Assembly (NCBI GenBank): GCA_045535005.1
Contig: JAZSKU010000043.1
Span: 1 to 46,232, forward strand
Length of the DNA: 46,232 bases
DNA from: Bacilli bacterium
GTDB taxonomy: Bacteria > Bacillota_I > Bacilli_A > RF39 > UBA660
Direction of reading: 5' to 3'
Part shown: piece after piece, positions 9,003 through 18,688 of the stretch
Layout of the letters: each line of letters begins with the position of its first letter
Position numbering within the stretch: the first letter of the stretch is position 1
Notes under the pieces: generated by a model
Databases searched by the model: none
The model's input: only the letters and a program-made list of their open reading frames with translations
What the model was told of the DNA's origin: nothing
Position numbers and translations under genes: made by a program

Positions 9003-9998
9003 ATGTTAAGAATAGCAATTAATGGTTTTGGTAGAATAGGAAGAACTGCATTAAGATTATTAGAAAATGATAAGGATATTGAAGTAGTAGCAATTAATGA
9101 TTTAACTGATCCTCTACAACTTGCATATTTATATAAATATGATTCAGTTCATAGAAAAAATAATTCTAAAATTAATTTTGATGAAGATGAATTATTTGTT
9201 AAAAATAGAAAGATTAAAGTTTTTGCTGAACCTGATCCAAGTAAATTACCTTGGAAGGAATTAAATATTGATATAGTTTTAGAGTGTACTGGTATATTTA
9301 CTAGTGGTGAAAAATGTCAAGCTCACTTAGATGCTGGGGCTAAACATGTTATTATTAGTGCTCCTGCTAAGGATGATGTTAAAACTATTGTATATGGTGT
9401 TAATCATGATATTTTATCTAAAGATGATAAAGTTATTAGTGCTGCTAGTTGTACTACAAATTGTTTAGCTCCTGTACTTCATTTAATTGATAAGAAGTAT
9501 GGTATTGTTAAAGGATTTATGACTACAGTTCATGCTATGACAAATGATCAAGAAACTTTAGATATTCCTCATAAAAAAGGTATTTCTAGTAGAAGAGGTA
9601 GAGCTGCTTCTTTAAATATTATTCCTACTAGTACTGGTGCAGCAAGTCAAATTGGTAAAGTTATACCTCATTTAAATGGTAAACTTGATGGTATTGCATT
9701 TAGAGTTCCTGTAGGAGATGGTTCTGTTATTGATGTAACACTTGAACTTAAAAATAATACTACTAGTGATGATGTTAATAACATGTTTAAATCTAATCAA
9801 AGTAAAGTTATTAAATATACTGATGATCCAATTGTTAGTGGAGATATCATTGGTGAAGAGTGTGGGGCTACTGTTGATGGTTTATTAACTAATGTAGTTG
9901 AAGAAGATGGTCATCAATTATTAAAGGTAGTTGCATGGTATGATAATGAAGTAGGTTACACTGCTCAAATGATTAGAACTATGAAGTTATTTATGTAA
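9003..9998 (+). CDS. gap: Type I glyceraldehyde-3-phosphate dehydrogenase
   Basis: INGFGRIGR, ASCTTNCLAP catalytic Cys, IIPTSTGAA, AWYDNE. Confidence 0.97.
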   Translation: MLRIAINGFGRIGRTALRLLENDKDIEVVAINDLTDPLQLAYLYKYDSVHRKNNSKINFDEDELFVKNRKIKVFAEPDPSKLPWKELNIDIVLECTGIFTSGEKCQAHLDAGAKHVIISAPAKDDVKTIVYGVNHDILSKDDKVISAASCTTNCLAPVLHLIDKKYGIVKGFMTTVHAMTNDQETLDIPHKKGISSRRGRAASLNIIPTSTGAASQIGKVIPHLNGKLDGIAFRVPVGDGSVIDVTLELKNNTTSDDVNNMFKSNQSKVIKYTDDPIVSGDIIGEECGATVDGLLTNVVEEDGHQLLKVVAWYDNEVGYTAQMIRTMKLFM

Positions 9999-10025
9999 AG
10001 TACAACTTAAAAAGTTGTACTTTTT
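9997..10025 (+). terminator. Intrinsic terminator after gap
   Basis: AAAGTACAACTT-AAA-AAGTTGTACTTT plus T. Confidence 0.85.
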
Positions 10026-10067
10026 ATTTTTACTCATATTATAATAGAGATATAAGGAGAATTGTTT

Positions 10068-11873
10068 ATGTGTGGAATTATTGGCTATAGAGGAAAAAGA
10101 AATGTTAAGAACGTTTTAGTTAATGGTTTAGAAACATTAGAATACAGGGGTTATGATTCTGCAGGTATAGCTGTACTTGAGAATAAAAAAATTAGAGTTA
10201 TTAAATCTGTTGGTAAGATTGAAGACTTAAGAAATAAACTTAAGAAATATGAATTAGATAAATCTATTTGTGGTATTGCACATACTAGATGGGCTACACA
10301 TGGAAAAGTTTGTGAAGAAAATTCACACCCTCATAAAGTAGGAAAAGTGTGTTTAGTTCATAATGGAATTGTTGAAAATTATAAAGAAATTGAAAGTAAA
10401 TTAAAAGATAAATATGAATTTAAGAGTGAAACTGATACTGAAAGAGTAGCTGCTTTACTTGATAGTTATTATGATGGTACTAATGAAATTGAGGCTATTG
10501 ATAAAACTATTAAAGAATTAACTGGTAGTTATGCTTTAGCTATTATGTTTGATGATAATGATAAAATATATGGTGTTAAAAAGGATGCTCCTTTAGTACT
10601 TGGAGTAGGTGATAAAGAATTTTTTATATCTAGCGATATATCTGCTATATTACCTTATACTCCTGAACATATTATTTTAGAAGATAATGAGATTGTTGAG
10701 ATATCATCTAATAAATTCGATATTTATTATAATGGAGTAATTATTTATAAAAAGATTGATATTGCAACTTGGAATATTGAAGAAGCACAAAAGGGTGGAT
10801 ATGAACACTTTATGCTTAAAGAGATTGAAGAACAAGAAGAAGTTGCTAAGAAGTTATATGCTAAATATATAGAGGATGATGATTTTTCTGATTTAGTTGT
10901 TGATCTTAGTAAATATAAAAGAATTGATTTCGTTGCTTGTGGTAGTGCATATCATGCTTCTTTAGTTGCTAAATATTTTGTTGATAAATATTGTACTACT
11001 AGAGACTTTTATGCTAATTGTTATGTAGCAAGTGAATATAGATATTCTAATCATTATTTTGATTCTGATGTATTAGTTGTACTTTTATCTCAAAGTGGTG
11101 AAACTGCTGATACCCTTGCATGTCTTAGAATGTGTAAGGAAGAGAATGTAGATACTTTAGCAATTGTTAATGTTGTATCTTCAACTATTGCTCGTGAAGC
11201 TAAATATGTTATGCCTATGCTTGCTGGACCTGAAATATGTGTTGCGACAACTAAGGGATACTTTGCTCAAAGTTATATATGCAGTTTATTACTTCTTAAA
11301 TATATGTATCGTATGAGACTTATTAATAAAGAAGAAAAAGATAGAATTTTAGAGGATTTTAAAAAATTACCTAAATTAATTAAAAAAGTTATTGAGATAC
11401 CTAGTTATAAAGAAATAGCTAAATCAATATATAAAAATAATGATATATATTATATTGGTCGTGGTATAGATATATATAGTTGTTATGAAGCTAGTCTAAA
11501 ATTAAAAGAAATATCATATATTCATAGTGAATGTTTTGCTGCGGGGGAACTTAAACATGGACCTATTGCTCTTATTTCTAAAAATACTCCAGTGGTAGCA
11601 TTATTAAGTGAATTTTCTGTTAGAGAAAAAACTATAAGTAATATTATTGAAGCTAAAAGTAGAGGCGCTAAAGTAATTGTTATTAGAAAAGAATCTATTA
11701 ATTTAGAATTATCTACATTTAATTATGAAATAGTTGTTCCATTAATAAGTGAATATGTTCAAAATTTACTTATCATGGTAGCTTGTCAACTTTTAGCATA
11801 TGAAGTTGCTAAGTTTAGAAAGTGTGATATTGATAAACCAAGAAACCTTGCTAAAAGTGTGACAGTTGAATAG
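10068..11873 (+). CDS. glmS: Glutamine--fructose-6-phosphate transaminase (isomerizing)
   Basis: MCGIIG start (ATG 10068, SD AAGGAG), LEYRGYDSAG, HTRWATHG, SQSGETADT, C-terminal DKPRNLAKSVTVE. Confidence 0.97.
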   Translation: MCGIIGYRGKRNVKNVLVNGLETLEYRGYDSAGIAVLENKKIRVIKSVGKIEDLRNKLKKYELDKSICGIAHTRWATHGKVCEENSHPHKVGKVCLVHNGIVENYKEIESKLKDKYEFKSETDTERVAALLDSYYDGTNEIEAIDKTIKELTGSYALAIMFDDNDKIYGVKKDAPLVLGVGDKEFFISSDISAILPYTPEHIILEDNEIVEISSNKFDIYYNGVIIYKKIDIATWNIEEAQKGGYEHFMLKEIEEQEEVAKKLYAKYIEDDDFSDLVVDLSKYKRIDFVACGSAYHASLVAKYFVDKYCTTRDFYANCYVASEYRYSNHYFDSDVLVVLLSQSGETADTLACLRMCKEENVDTLAIVNVVSSTIAREAKYVMPMLAGPEICVATTKGYFAQSYICSLLLLKYMYRMRLINKEEKDRILEDFKKLPKLIKKVIEIPSYKEIAKSIYKNNDIYYIGRGIDIYSCYEASLKLKEISYIHSECFAAGELKHGPIALISKNTPVVALLSEFSVREKTISNIIEAKSRGAKVIVIRKESINLELSTFNYEIVVPLISEYVQNLLIMVACQLLAYEVAKFRKCDIDKPRNLAKSVTVE

Positions 11874-11960
11874 TAAAATTTTATGTAAAAGTTTAATTAA
11901 TTTTATTATTTGGTAGAAAAGAAACTCTTATTATAGTATAATTATAATAGGAGTTTTATT

Positions 11961-14876
11961 ATGGGATTTGAAACTAAGAAATTTAAGAAAAATATTATGT
12001 TTTTTATTGTTAGTTTTACATTATTAGTCATATTACTTCTAGTAACAACTTTGATGGATTCAGGTGGTAATACTCTTGATAAAGTTGATTTAAATGATAA
12101 TGATGTAAATATTAATGATTTAGTTATAAATGAAATTATGACATCAAATAATGGTGTTTTAGCAGATACAAATGGAAATATATATGATTATATTGAGTTA
12201 TATAATGGTAGTGATAAAGATATTAACTTAGAAAGTTATGGTCTTAGTGATGAAGGTACTGTTAAATGGGTATTTCCAAATGTAACTATTAAAGCAAATG
12301 AATATATGATTGTATATTTAAGTGGTACTAAGGAAGATGGATTATATGCACCATTTAAATTAAAATCTAGTGGTGGAGAAGTAATTACATTATTTAGACC
12401 TAATGGTAAAGTTATTGATGCTGCTGATATAGTGTCACTTGATTCTAATATGGTTATGGCTCGTGATGAGAATGGTAAATGGGTATTACAAAATAAAGCT
12501 ACACCAGGATATTCAAATAATATAGATGGATATAATGCATTTATTAAGTCTATTGCTAGTGAAGATGAAAAAACAATTGTTATTAATGAATTATTACCAA
12601 ATAATAAAGGTAACTTTGTTAATGAAAATGGAGAATATAGTGGATATATCGAAGTAATTAATGTTAGTGATAAAAAGGTTGATCTTACAAATTACAGTTT
12701 ATCTAATGATGAAAGTATAAGTTTTAAATGGCAATTTCCAAGTGTAACATTATCACCTGGTGAAGTATTAGGTATATATACATCTGGTGTTAGTAATAAA
12801 GTTGATACTTTAAGTACTTCTTTTAAGCTTAGAAGTAAAAATGGTAGTGCTATTCTTACTAATAACAAGGGTAAAGTAATTGATAAAGTTACTTATGAAA
12901 ATCTTGCTAGTGGTGTTGCATTAATTCGTGATAACGGTAAAATGCATGAAAGTATTGATTTATCTTTTGGACAACCAAATACTGTTGATGGAATTAAAAA
13001 ATTCCAAAAGAAATATTTAAAAGTAAATAAAGGGCTTATTATTAGTGAAGCAATGAGTCTTAATTATAAATATTTACCTCATAATGGTGGTGAATATTAT
13101 GATTGGATTGAGTTATATAATAATACATCTGAAACTATAAAATTAAGTGATTATTGTTTAACAACTAATACTGATACTATGTGTATGTATAAGTTACCTG
13201 ATAAGGAACTTAAGAAGGGTGAATATTATGTAGTTATGGCTTCTGGGGATACTAATTTATCTACTAGTAAGTATAAACATGCTAACTTTAATATATCTGA
13301 TACACAAAGTGTATATATTACAAAATCTAATGATGTTATTGATTCTTTAGTTATTCATAATGTACCTAAAGGTTATTCTATCGGTAAGGGTGAAAGTGAA
13401 GGAATATATTATTTTAAAACACCAACACCTTTAAAGGATAATAGTAGTGGAACAAGAGCTATAGCTTATGTTCCTTCTGCTTCTGTACCTTCTGGTATAT
13501 TTAATGATTCTAAGAGTTTTAAAGTCAGTTTAACTGGTGATGATAAAATATATTACACAACTGATGGTTCAACTCCAACAACATCTTCTAAAGTTTACAG
13601 TAGTCCTCTTACTATCAAGAAGACTACTGTTTTAAGAATAATGAGTAAATCTTCTAATAAACTTAAAAGTGATGTAGTTACTTATTCATATATTGTTAAT
13701 GAGAACCATAAAGTACCTGTTATGTCTATCGCAATAGATGAAAGTAAGTTAAATAGAGTTAATAGTCATACATCTTTAAATAGTCCAGTTATTGAGGAAT
13801 GTGATGTAGAACTTATTGAAAAAGATGGTACTGGATTTAAAATTAGTGCTGGTCTTAAATTATTTGGTGGTTCTACTAGAAGTTATAAAAAGAAAAGTTA
13901 TGAAATTAAATTTAAGAAAGAGTTTGGTGACTCTAAATTAGAATATAAAGTATTTGATGATGTTGATAGTAGTAGATTTGATTCTTTAGTTCTTAGAACT
14001 GGGTCTCAAGATGAATTTCAATATAATGATCAAAGAACTGTTATTAAAGATGTAGTTGCTACTTCTTTAATGGGTGATTATACTGATGTAGATGTTCAAG
14101 ATTATAAATCAATTATTTTATACATAAATGGTGAATATTGGGGTATTTATTTTATAAGAGAGAAAGTTGATGAAACTTTTGTGGCTAACCATTATAATGT
14201 TAAAACTACTGAAGAAAATACAAGTATTTTAAGAATTGATGGTGAAGTTAAATCTGGTACTAATAAGGAATATAATTCTCTTATTAGTTATGTTACTAGT
14301 AATAATTTAAATACTAAGAAACATTATAATTATGTTAAAGAAAGAATTGATATACAAAGTTTTTGTGATTTCTGGATAGGTGAAATTTATACTGCTAACT
14401 ATGATATTTTAAATACTAGATATTTTTCTAATCCTAATGTTGATGGTGGTAAATGGAAATATATATTCTATGATCTTGATTCAGGATTTTTTAGAACTAC
14501 TAATAATTCATTTAGAGAATATACTAATCCATCAGGTATGGGATTTGGATATTTCCCAACTACATTACTTAGAAATATGATGAAGAGTGATGAATTTGAA
14601 AAAACATTTTTAGAAAGACTTTCATATAATTTAAATAATACATGGAAATATGAAAATGTTAGCAAAAGAATAGATAGTGTTATTAATGAATTTGGTAAAG
14701 ATGAATTTAAACGTAATGCTTCTAGATGGGGTAACTCATATAGTCATTGGGAAAGTTCTATTAAAGCTATGAAGAGTTTTGCTAAGAATAGAAATTCTAA
14801 TATTGTTAGTCAAGCTAAATCTTATTTTGGTTTAAGTAATAGCGAAGTTAAGAAATATTTTGGTGATGTGGAATGA
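11961..14876 (+). CDS. Membrane-anchored CotH-family kinase with three lamin-tail domains and a chitobiase/Fn3-associated domain
   Basis: N-terminal TM helix; three LTD-like repeats (VINEIM..DYIELYN, VINELL..YIEVIN, IISEAM..DWIELYN); YYTTDGSTPT; CotH motifs KKSYEIKF, LYINGEYWGIY.IREK.D, NYD..N, WKYIFYDLD.GF. Confidence 0.88.
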   Translation: MGFETKKFKKNIMFFIVSFTLLVILLLVTTLMDSGGNTLDKVDLNDNDVNINDLVINEIMTSNNGVLADTNGNIYDYIELYNGSDKDINLESYGLSDEGTVKWVFPNVTIKANEYMIVYLSGTKEDGLYAPFKLKSSGGEVITLFRPNGKVIDAADIVSLDSNMVMARDENGKWVLQNKATPGYSNNIDGYNAFIKSIASEDEKTIVINELLPNNKGNFVNENGEYSGYIEVINVSDKKVDLTNYSLSNDESISFKWQFPSVTLSPGEVLGIYTSGVSNKVDTLSTSFKLRSKNGSAILTNNKGKVIDKVTYENLASGVALIRDNGKMHESIDLSFGQPNTVDGIKKFQKKYLKVNKGLIISEAMSLNYKYLPHNGGEYYDWIELYNNTSETIKLSDYCLTTNTDTMCMYKLPDKELKKGEYYVVMASGDTNLSTSKYKHANFNISDTQSVYITKSNDVIDSLVIHNVPKGYSIGKGESEGIYYFKTPTPLKDNSSGTRAIAYVPSASVPSGIFNDSKSFKVSLTGDDKIYYTTDGSTPTTSSKVYSSPLTIKKTTVLRIMSKSSNKLKSDVVTYSYIVNENHKVPVMSIAIDESKLNRVNSHTSLNSPVIEECDVELIEKDGTGFKISAGLKLFGGSTRSYKKKSYEIKFKKEFGDSKLEYKVFDDVDSSRFDSLVLRTGSQDEFQYNDQRTVIKDVVATSLMGDYTDVDVQDYKSIILYINGEYWGIYFIREKVDETFVANHYNVKTTEENTSILRIDGEVKSGTNKEYNSLISYVTSNNLNTKKHYNYVKERIDIQSFCDFWIGEIYTANYDILNTRYFSNPNVDGGKWKYIFYDLDSGFFRTTNNSFREYTNPSGMGFGYFPTTLLRNMMKSDEFEKTFLERLSYNLNNTWKYENVSKRIDSVINEFGKDEFKRNASRWGNSYSHWESSIKAMKSFAKNRNSNIVSQAKSYFGLSNSEVKKYFGDVE

Positions 14877-15559
14877 AAACGTATAAGTATAGACATGAAA
14901 TAAAATATAAAATTTCTAATAGTGCTGCTGAAGTATTAAAACAAAAGTTATCTTTGATTCTAAAGAAAGATAAAAATGCTTTTTATGAAGATGGTTCTTA
15001 TATGATTAAGAGTTTATATTTTGATGATAGAGAATCTAGTTCATATTATGAAAAGTTAGATGGTGTTTTATACAGAAAGAAGTATAGAATTAGAATATAT
15101 AATAATAATGATGAGTATATTCGTCTTGAGAAAAAGATGAAGCATAATAATATGACTTCTAAAGAGCAAATGTTGATTTCAAAGGACATATATAGTAAAA
15201 TATTAAATGGTAAACTAGATGAAATAGAAAATCCAACTGGTTTATTATTAGAGTTTATTACTGATAGTAAAAATAAGGGTTTAATTCCATCAGTAATTGT
15301 TGAATATCATAGGATAGCTTTTACTTATCCTACATGTGATGTTAGAATTACTTTTGATTCTAATATTACTAGTGGTCTTTATGATTATGATTTATTCAAT
15401 GTAGATGGTGTTAGATATCCAGTTGTTGAAAAAGGAAAACAAGTATTAGAAGTTAAATATAATGAAGCATTACCTTTACATATAGCTAATATATTAAATG
15501 ATATTCCTAGTAATAGAGAAGCTGTAAGTAAGTTTGCAATTTGTAGAAGTATAAAGTAA
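14873..15559 (+). CDS. VTC / polyphosphate polymerase domain protein (CYTH-like triphosphate tunnel fold)
   Basis: RHEIKY, SLYFDD, RKKYRIRIY, RLEKK.K, YHRIAF, VRITFD, VLEVKY, SKF match the Vtc4 catalytic-domain motif series; ATGA overlap with the CotH gene. Confidence 0.9.
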   Translation: MKTYKYRHEIKYKISNSAAEVLKQKLSLILKKDKNAFYEDGSYMIKSLYFDDRESSSYYEKLDGVLYRKKYRIRIYNNNDEYIRLEKKMKHNNMTSKEQMLISKDIYSKILNGKLDEIENPTGLLLEFITDSKNKGLIPSVIVEYHRIAFTYPTCDVRITFDSNITSGLYDYDLFNVDGVRYPVVEKGKQVLEVKYNEALPLHIANILNDIPSNREAVSKFAICRSIK

Positions 15560-15572
15560 GGATGTGAGTTAA

Positions 15573-16256
15573 ATGAGTATTGTTGATACAATTAAAAAAT
15601 CTGTTTTAGACAATTTTAGTGGAACTATTTCTCCATGGGATATGTTTATCTCATTAATAGTTGCATTTATTATTGCGATGTTTATTATATATGTTTATAG
15701 AAAAACATATACTGGAGTTGTTTATTCAAAAGCATTTTCATTATGTATATTAATGCTTGCGATGGTTACAACTATGATTATTCAAACTATTAGTACTAAT
15801 ATTTCATTATCTTTAGGTATGGTCGGTGCGTTATCTATCGTAAGATTTAGAACTGCTGTTAAAGAACCTGTTGATACTGGATTTATGTTCTGGGGTATAA
15901 GTGCTGGTATTATGTGTGGTGCTGGGCTATATATAGCTGCTATAGTAGCATCATTATCAATTGGAATTTTATTCTATGTAAGTTATCTTATGGGATTTAG
16001 AACTTCAAGTAGATATTTATTAGTTTTAAAATATAAACCAAGTGCACATGATACTGTATTAAAAAAATTAAAATCTTTAAAGAAATTTAAAGTTAGAAGT
16101 AAAAGTATTTTTGGAAATGAAGTTGAGTTATCTTTAGAAGTAGATATTAAAGATGGTAAGACAAGTCTTGATTCTAATATAGTTGATCAATTTAATGGAG
16201 TTGATGGAATCGTTAATGCTAGTTTAATAGCTTATCAAAATGATTTTGGTGAATAG
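15573..16256 (+). CDS. DUF4956 membrane protein
   Basis: Several TM helices with LSLGMVGALSIVRFRTAVKEP.D..F.FW.I.AG..CG.G; soluble C-terminal ACT-like region. Confidence 0.9.
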   Translation: MSIVDTIKKSVLDNFSGTISPWDMFISLIVAFIIAMFIIYVYRKTYTGVVYSKAFSLCILMLAMVTTMIIQTISTNISLSLGMVGALSIVRFRTAVKEPVDTGFMFWGISAGIMCGAGLYIAAIVASLSIGILFYVSYLMGFRTSSRYLLVLKYKPSAHDTVLKKLKSLKKFKVRSKSIFGNEVELSLEVDIKDGKTSLDSNIVDQFNGVDGIVNASLIAYQNDFGE

Positions 16257-16265
16257 GAGAGGGTT

Positions 16266-17648
16266 ATGGCTAGGAGAGGAAGACTTAAGATTACGCCTGT
16301 TTTAATGGCGTTAAATATTTTAATAATAGTAATTATTGCGATATTTTATACATCTAGATTAGTTATATATTATTTTGATTTTAATGGTAAAAAAGTATCA
16401 AATGGAGATGTTAAATTAGTTGATGCTGTATTAGATAAACAAAGTTATGTTGATTTAACAACTGGTCTTGTATATGACGAAGAAAATAATATATATAGAT
16501 TTAAAGGTGATGTAGATAATAACTATATTGAATATTCTGGTATTTTATATAGAATTATTGGTATCGATAATGAAAATAATGTAAGAGCTGTTAGTGATGA
16601 TGTTGTCACTATTATGTATTCTGGTCTTGAAAAAGGTTATGATAAATCTTATGTTAATAAATGGTTAAATAAAAGTGACGCTAAGAATAGTGGAGTATAT
16701 CAAAATACTATGTATAAACCTGAAGATGTATTAGTTTATACATATATGTGTACTGATACTGTTGATGATGTTACTAATATTACATGTGAAAATAATCTTA
16801 ATGATTATGAAGTAACTTTATTATCTTTATATGATTATGCTCAAGCTGGTGGTAAAGGTAGTTATTTAAATAATGGAGAGAATTTCTATTTATCAACACT
16901 TAATAGTACTAAAGAAAACTATTTTGTAACTGATGAAGGTGAAATTTCTATAAACAATATAAGTACTAAGACATATGGTGTTAGACCTGTTATTACATTT
17001 AATGGTAAAACTATATTATTAGATGGTGAAGGTACTAAGGATAAACCATTTATCATTGAAAAACATGATATTAATACTACTGGGGATGTTTATGTTGGTG
17101 ATTATATTGAATTTAATGATGCGACTTATAAAGTAGTATCAATTGATGATAAAGGTGTTAGAGCTGCTAGAACTGATGTACTTAAAATAGATGATAAGAT
17201 TGTTAATAGAAAATTCTCATCATCTAGTAGTAGATTAAGTGCTAATTCAGGTAATCTTGGTAACTATTTAAATATTGAGTATTATCAATCTATGGATAAG
17301 AAAGAATATTTAGATGGTAATGATTGGTATGTAGCTATGCAAACACTTAATAATTTAGATTATAGTGCTGTATATAATAGTAAAACTTATTTAAGAATTG
17401 GACTTTTAGGTTTAGGTGACTTATTTGTTCATGAAGTTAATAATGTATTTACTATTACAAGAGGTGTTGAGTCAGAAGATGTTATATTAGTTATTAATGA
17501 AGAGGGACATGTGTTCTCTGATTTAGCTAGTCATAAATATAATATTAGACCTGTATTTAATTTCAGAAAGAATATTGAAATTAAATCTGGTGATGGTAGT
17601 ATTGATTCACCATATGTATTAGGAGAGTTAAATGAAGAAGAAAAGTAA
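16266..17648 (+). CDS. Membrane-anchored surface protein with two tandem DUF6273-like domains
   Basis: N-terminal TM; internal duplication NYIEYSGILYRII...GVRPVI..G.GTKDKPF / DYIEFNDATYKVV...NIRPVF..GDGSIDSPY. Confidence 0.6.
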   Translation: MARRGRLKITPVLMALNILIIVIIAIFYTSRLVIYYFDFNGKKVSNGDVKLVDAVLDKQSYVDLTTGLVYDEENNIYRFKGDVDNNYIEYSGILYRIIGIDNENNVRAVSDDVVTIMYSGLEKGYDKSYVNKWLNKSDAKNSGVYQNTMYKPEDVLVYTYMCTDTVDDVTNITCENNLNDYEVTLLSLYDYAQAGGKGSYLNNGENFYLSTLNSTKENYFVTDEGEISINNISTKTYGVRPVITFNGKTILLDGEGTKDKPFIIEKHDINTTGDVYVGDYIEFNDATYKVVSIDDKGVRAARTDVLKIDDKIVNRKFSSSSSRLSANSGNLGNYLNIEYYQSMDKKEYLDGNDWYVAMQTLNNLDYSAVYNSKTYLRIGLLGLGDLFVHEVNNVFTITRGVESEDVILVINEEGHVFSDLASHKYNIRPVFNFRKNIEIKSGDGSIDSPYVLGELNEEEK

Positions 17649-18666
17649 TAACAAAGTTAGTAAATTAAGTGTTACTTTAATAGTTATAGATGTTATTGCA
17701 TTAGTTTGTTTCTTTGTTGTTTATGGACCTTTTTCTTTCTTTAGAGATTGGTATGTAACTACTGCGATGACTACTATGACTCATAAGTATCTTGCTTATA
17801 TATTTTATGATCAAGATATGATTGATGAAGTACTTGATAATAATAAGATTATTGAATCAACAGATCCTACTGATACATCTAAAATAAGTTTTAATCCTAA
17901 TTTTAATGCTGGTTCATATGAATCAATTTATGAGGAACAAATACTTAAAAAAGATGAAGGAAATGATGATTATAAAATAATAGAATTAGAAGAAGATAAT
18001 TGGCATGGTTACATGGCTGTTATCTATGATCCATCTAAGATTGAACTTGTATTTACTAAGAATTATGGTACAAGTAGAGGTGGATATATTTCTACTTTAG
18101 GTAAAGAAAATAAAGCATTAGTTGCGATGACAGGTAGTGGTGTTCAACATAAGAATGGTGCTAACTTAGTTACTGGTACAACTATTGTTGATGGTAAAAT
18201 ATTTGCTGTAGGTAGAGAAATTAATAAAGGTGGAGGACTTATTGGTTTTACTAAAGATAATGTTCTTATGTTAACTAAAAAGTCTGCTAAAGAAGCTATA
18301 AAAGATGGAATGGATAGAGCTGTAGAGTTTGGACCATTCTTAATAGTTAATGGTAAACCATCTAAGTTTAGTGGTAATGGTGGTGGTGGTAAACATCCAA
18401 GAACTGCTATTGCACAAAGACAAGATGGAATTGTATTATTCCTTGTTATTGAAGGAAGAACATCTAGTTCTGCTGGTATGACATATCCTGAACTTACTGA
18501 ATTACTTCAAAAGTATAAAGCTTATAATGCCGCTAATTTAGATGGGGGTGGAAGTAGTGCTTTATATGCAGTTGTTAATGGTAAGGGTAAACTATTAAAT
18601 GAACAAGGTGGATATGGATATTCTGGTGAAAGATATATGCCTAATGCATGGATGTTACTTCCATAG
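17632..18666 (+). CDS. Phosphodiester glycosidase (NAGPA family), membrane anchored
   Basis: N-terminal TM; FGPFLIVNG, HPRTAIAQ..DG, AANLDGGGSS motifs. Confidence 0.9.
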   Translation: MKKKSNNKVSKLSVTLIVIDVIALVCFFVVYGPFSFFRDWYVTTAMTTMTHKYLAYIFYDQDMIDEVLDNNKIIESTDPTDTSKISFNPNFNAGSYESIYEEQILKKDEGNDDYKIIELEEDNWHGYMAVIYDPSKIELVFTKNYGTSRGGYISTLGKENKALVAMTGSGVQHKNGANLVTGTTIVDGKIFAVGREINKGGGLIGFTKDNVLMLTKKSAKEAIKDGMDRAVEFGPFLIVNGKPSKFSGNGGGGKHPRTAIAQRQDGIVLFLVIEGRTSSSAGMTYPELTELLQKYKAYNAANLDGGGSSALYAVVNGKGKLLNEQGGYGYSGERYMPNAWMLLP

Positions 18667-18688
18667 TATATAAATAGAGGGTGAAGTT

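Noticed and set aside
16266-17648. Diversity-generating retroelement
   Set aside because: Target-like xRP C-termini are present, but there is no reverse transcriptase and no near-identical template repeat in the window
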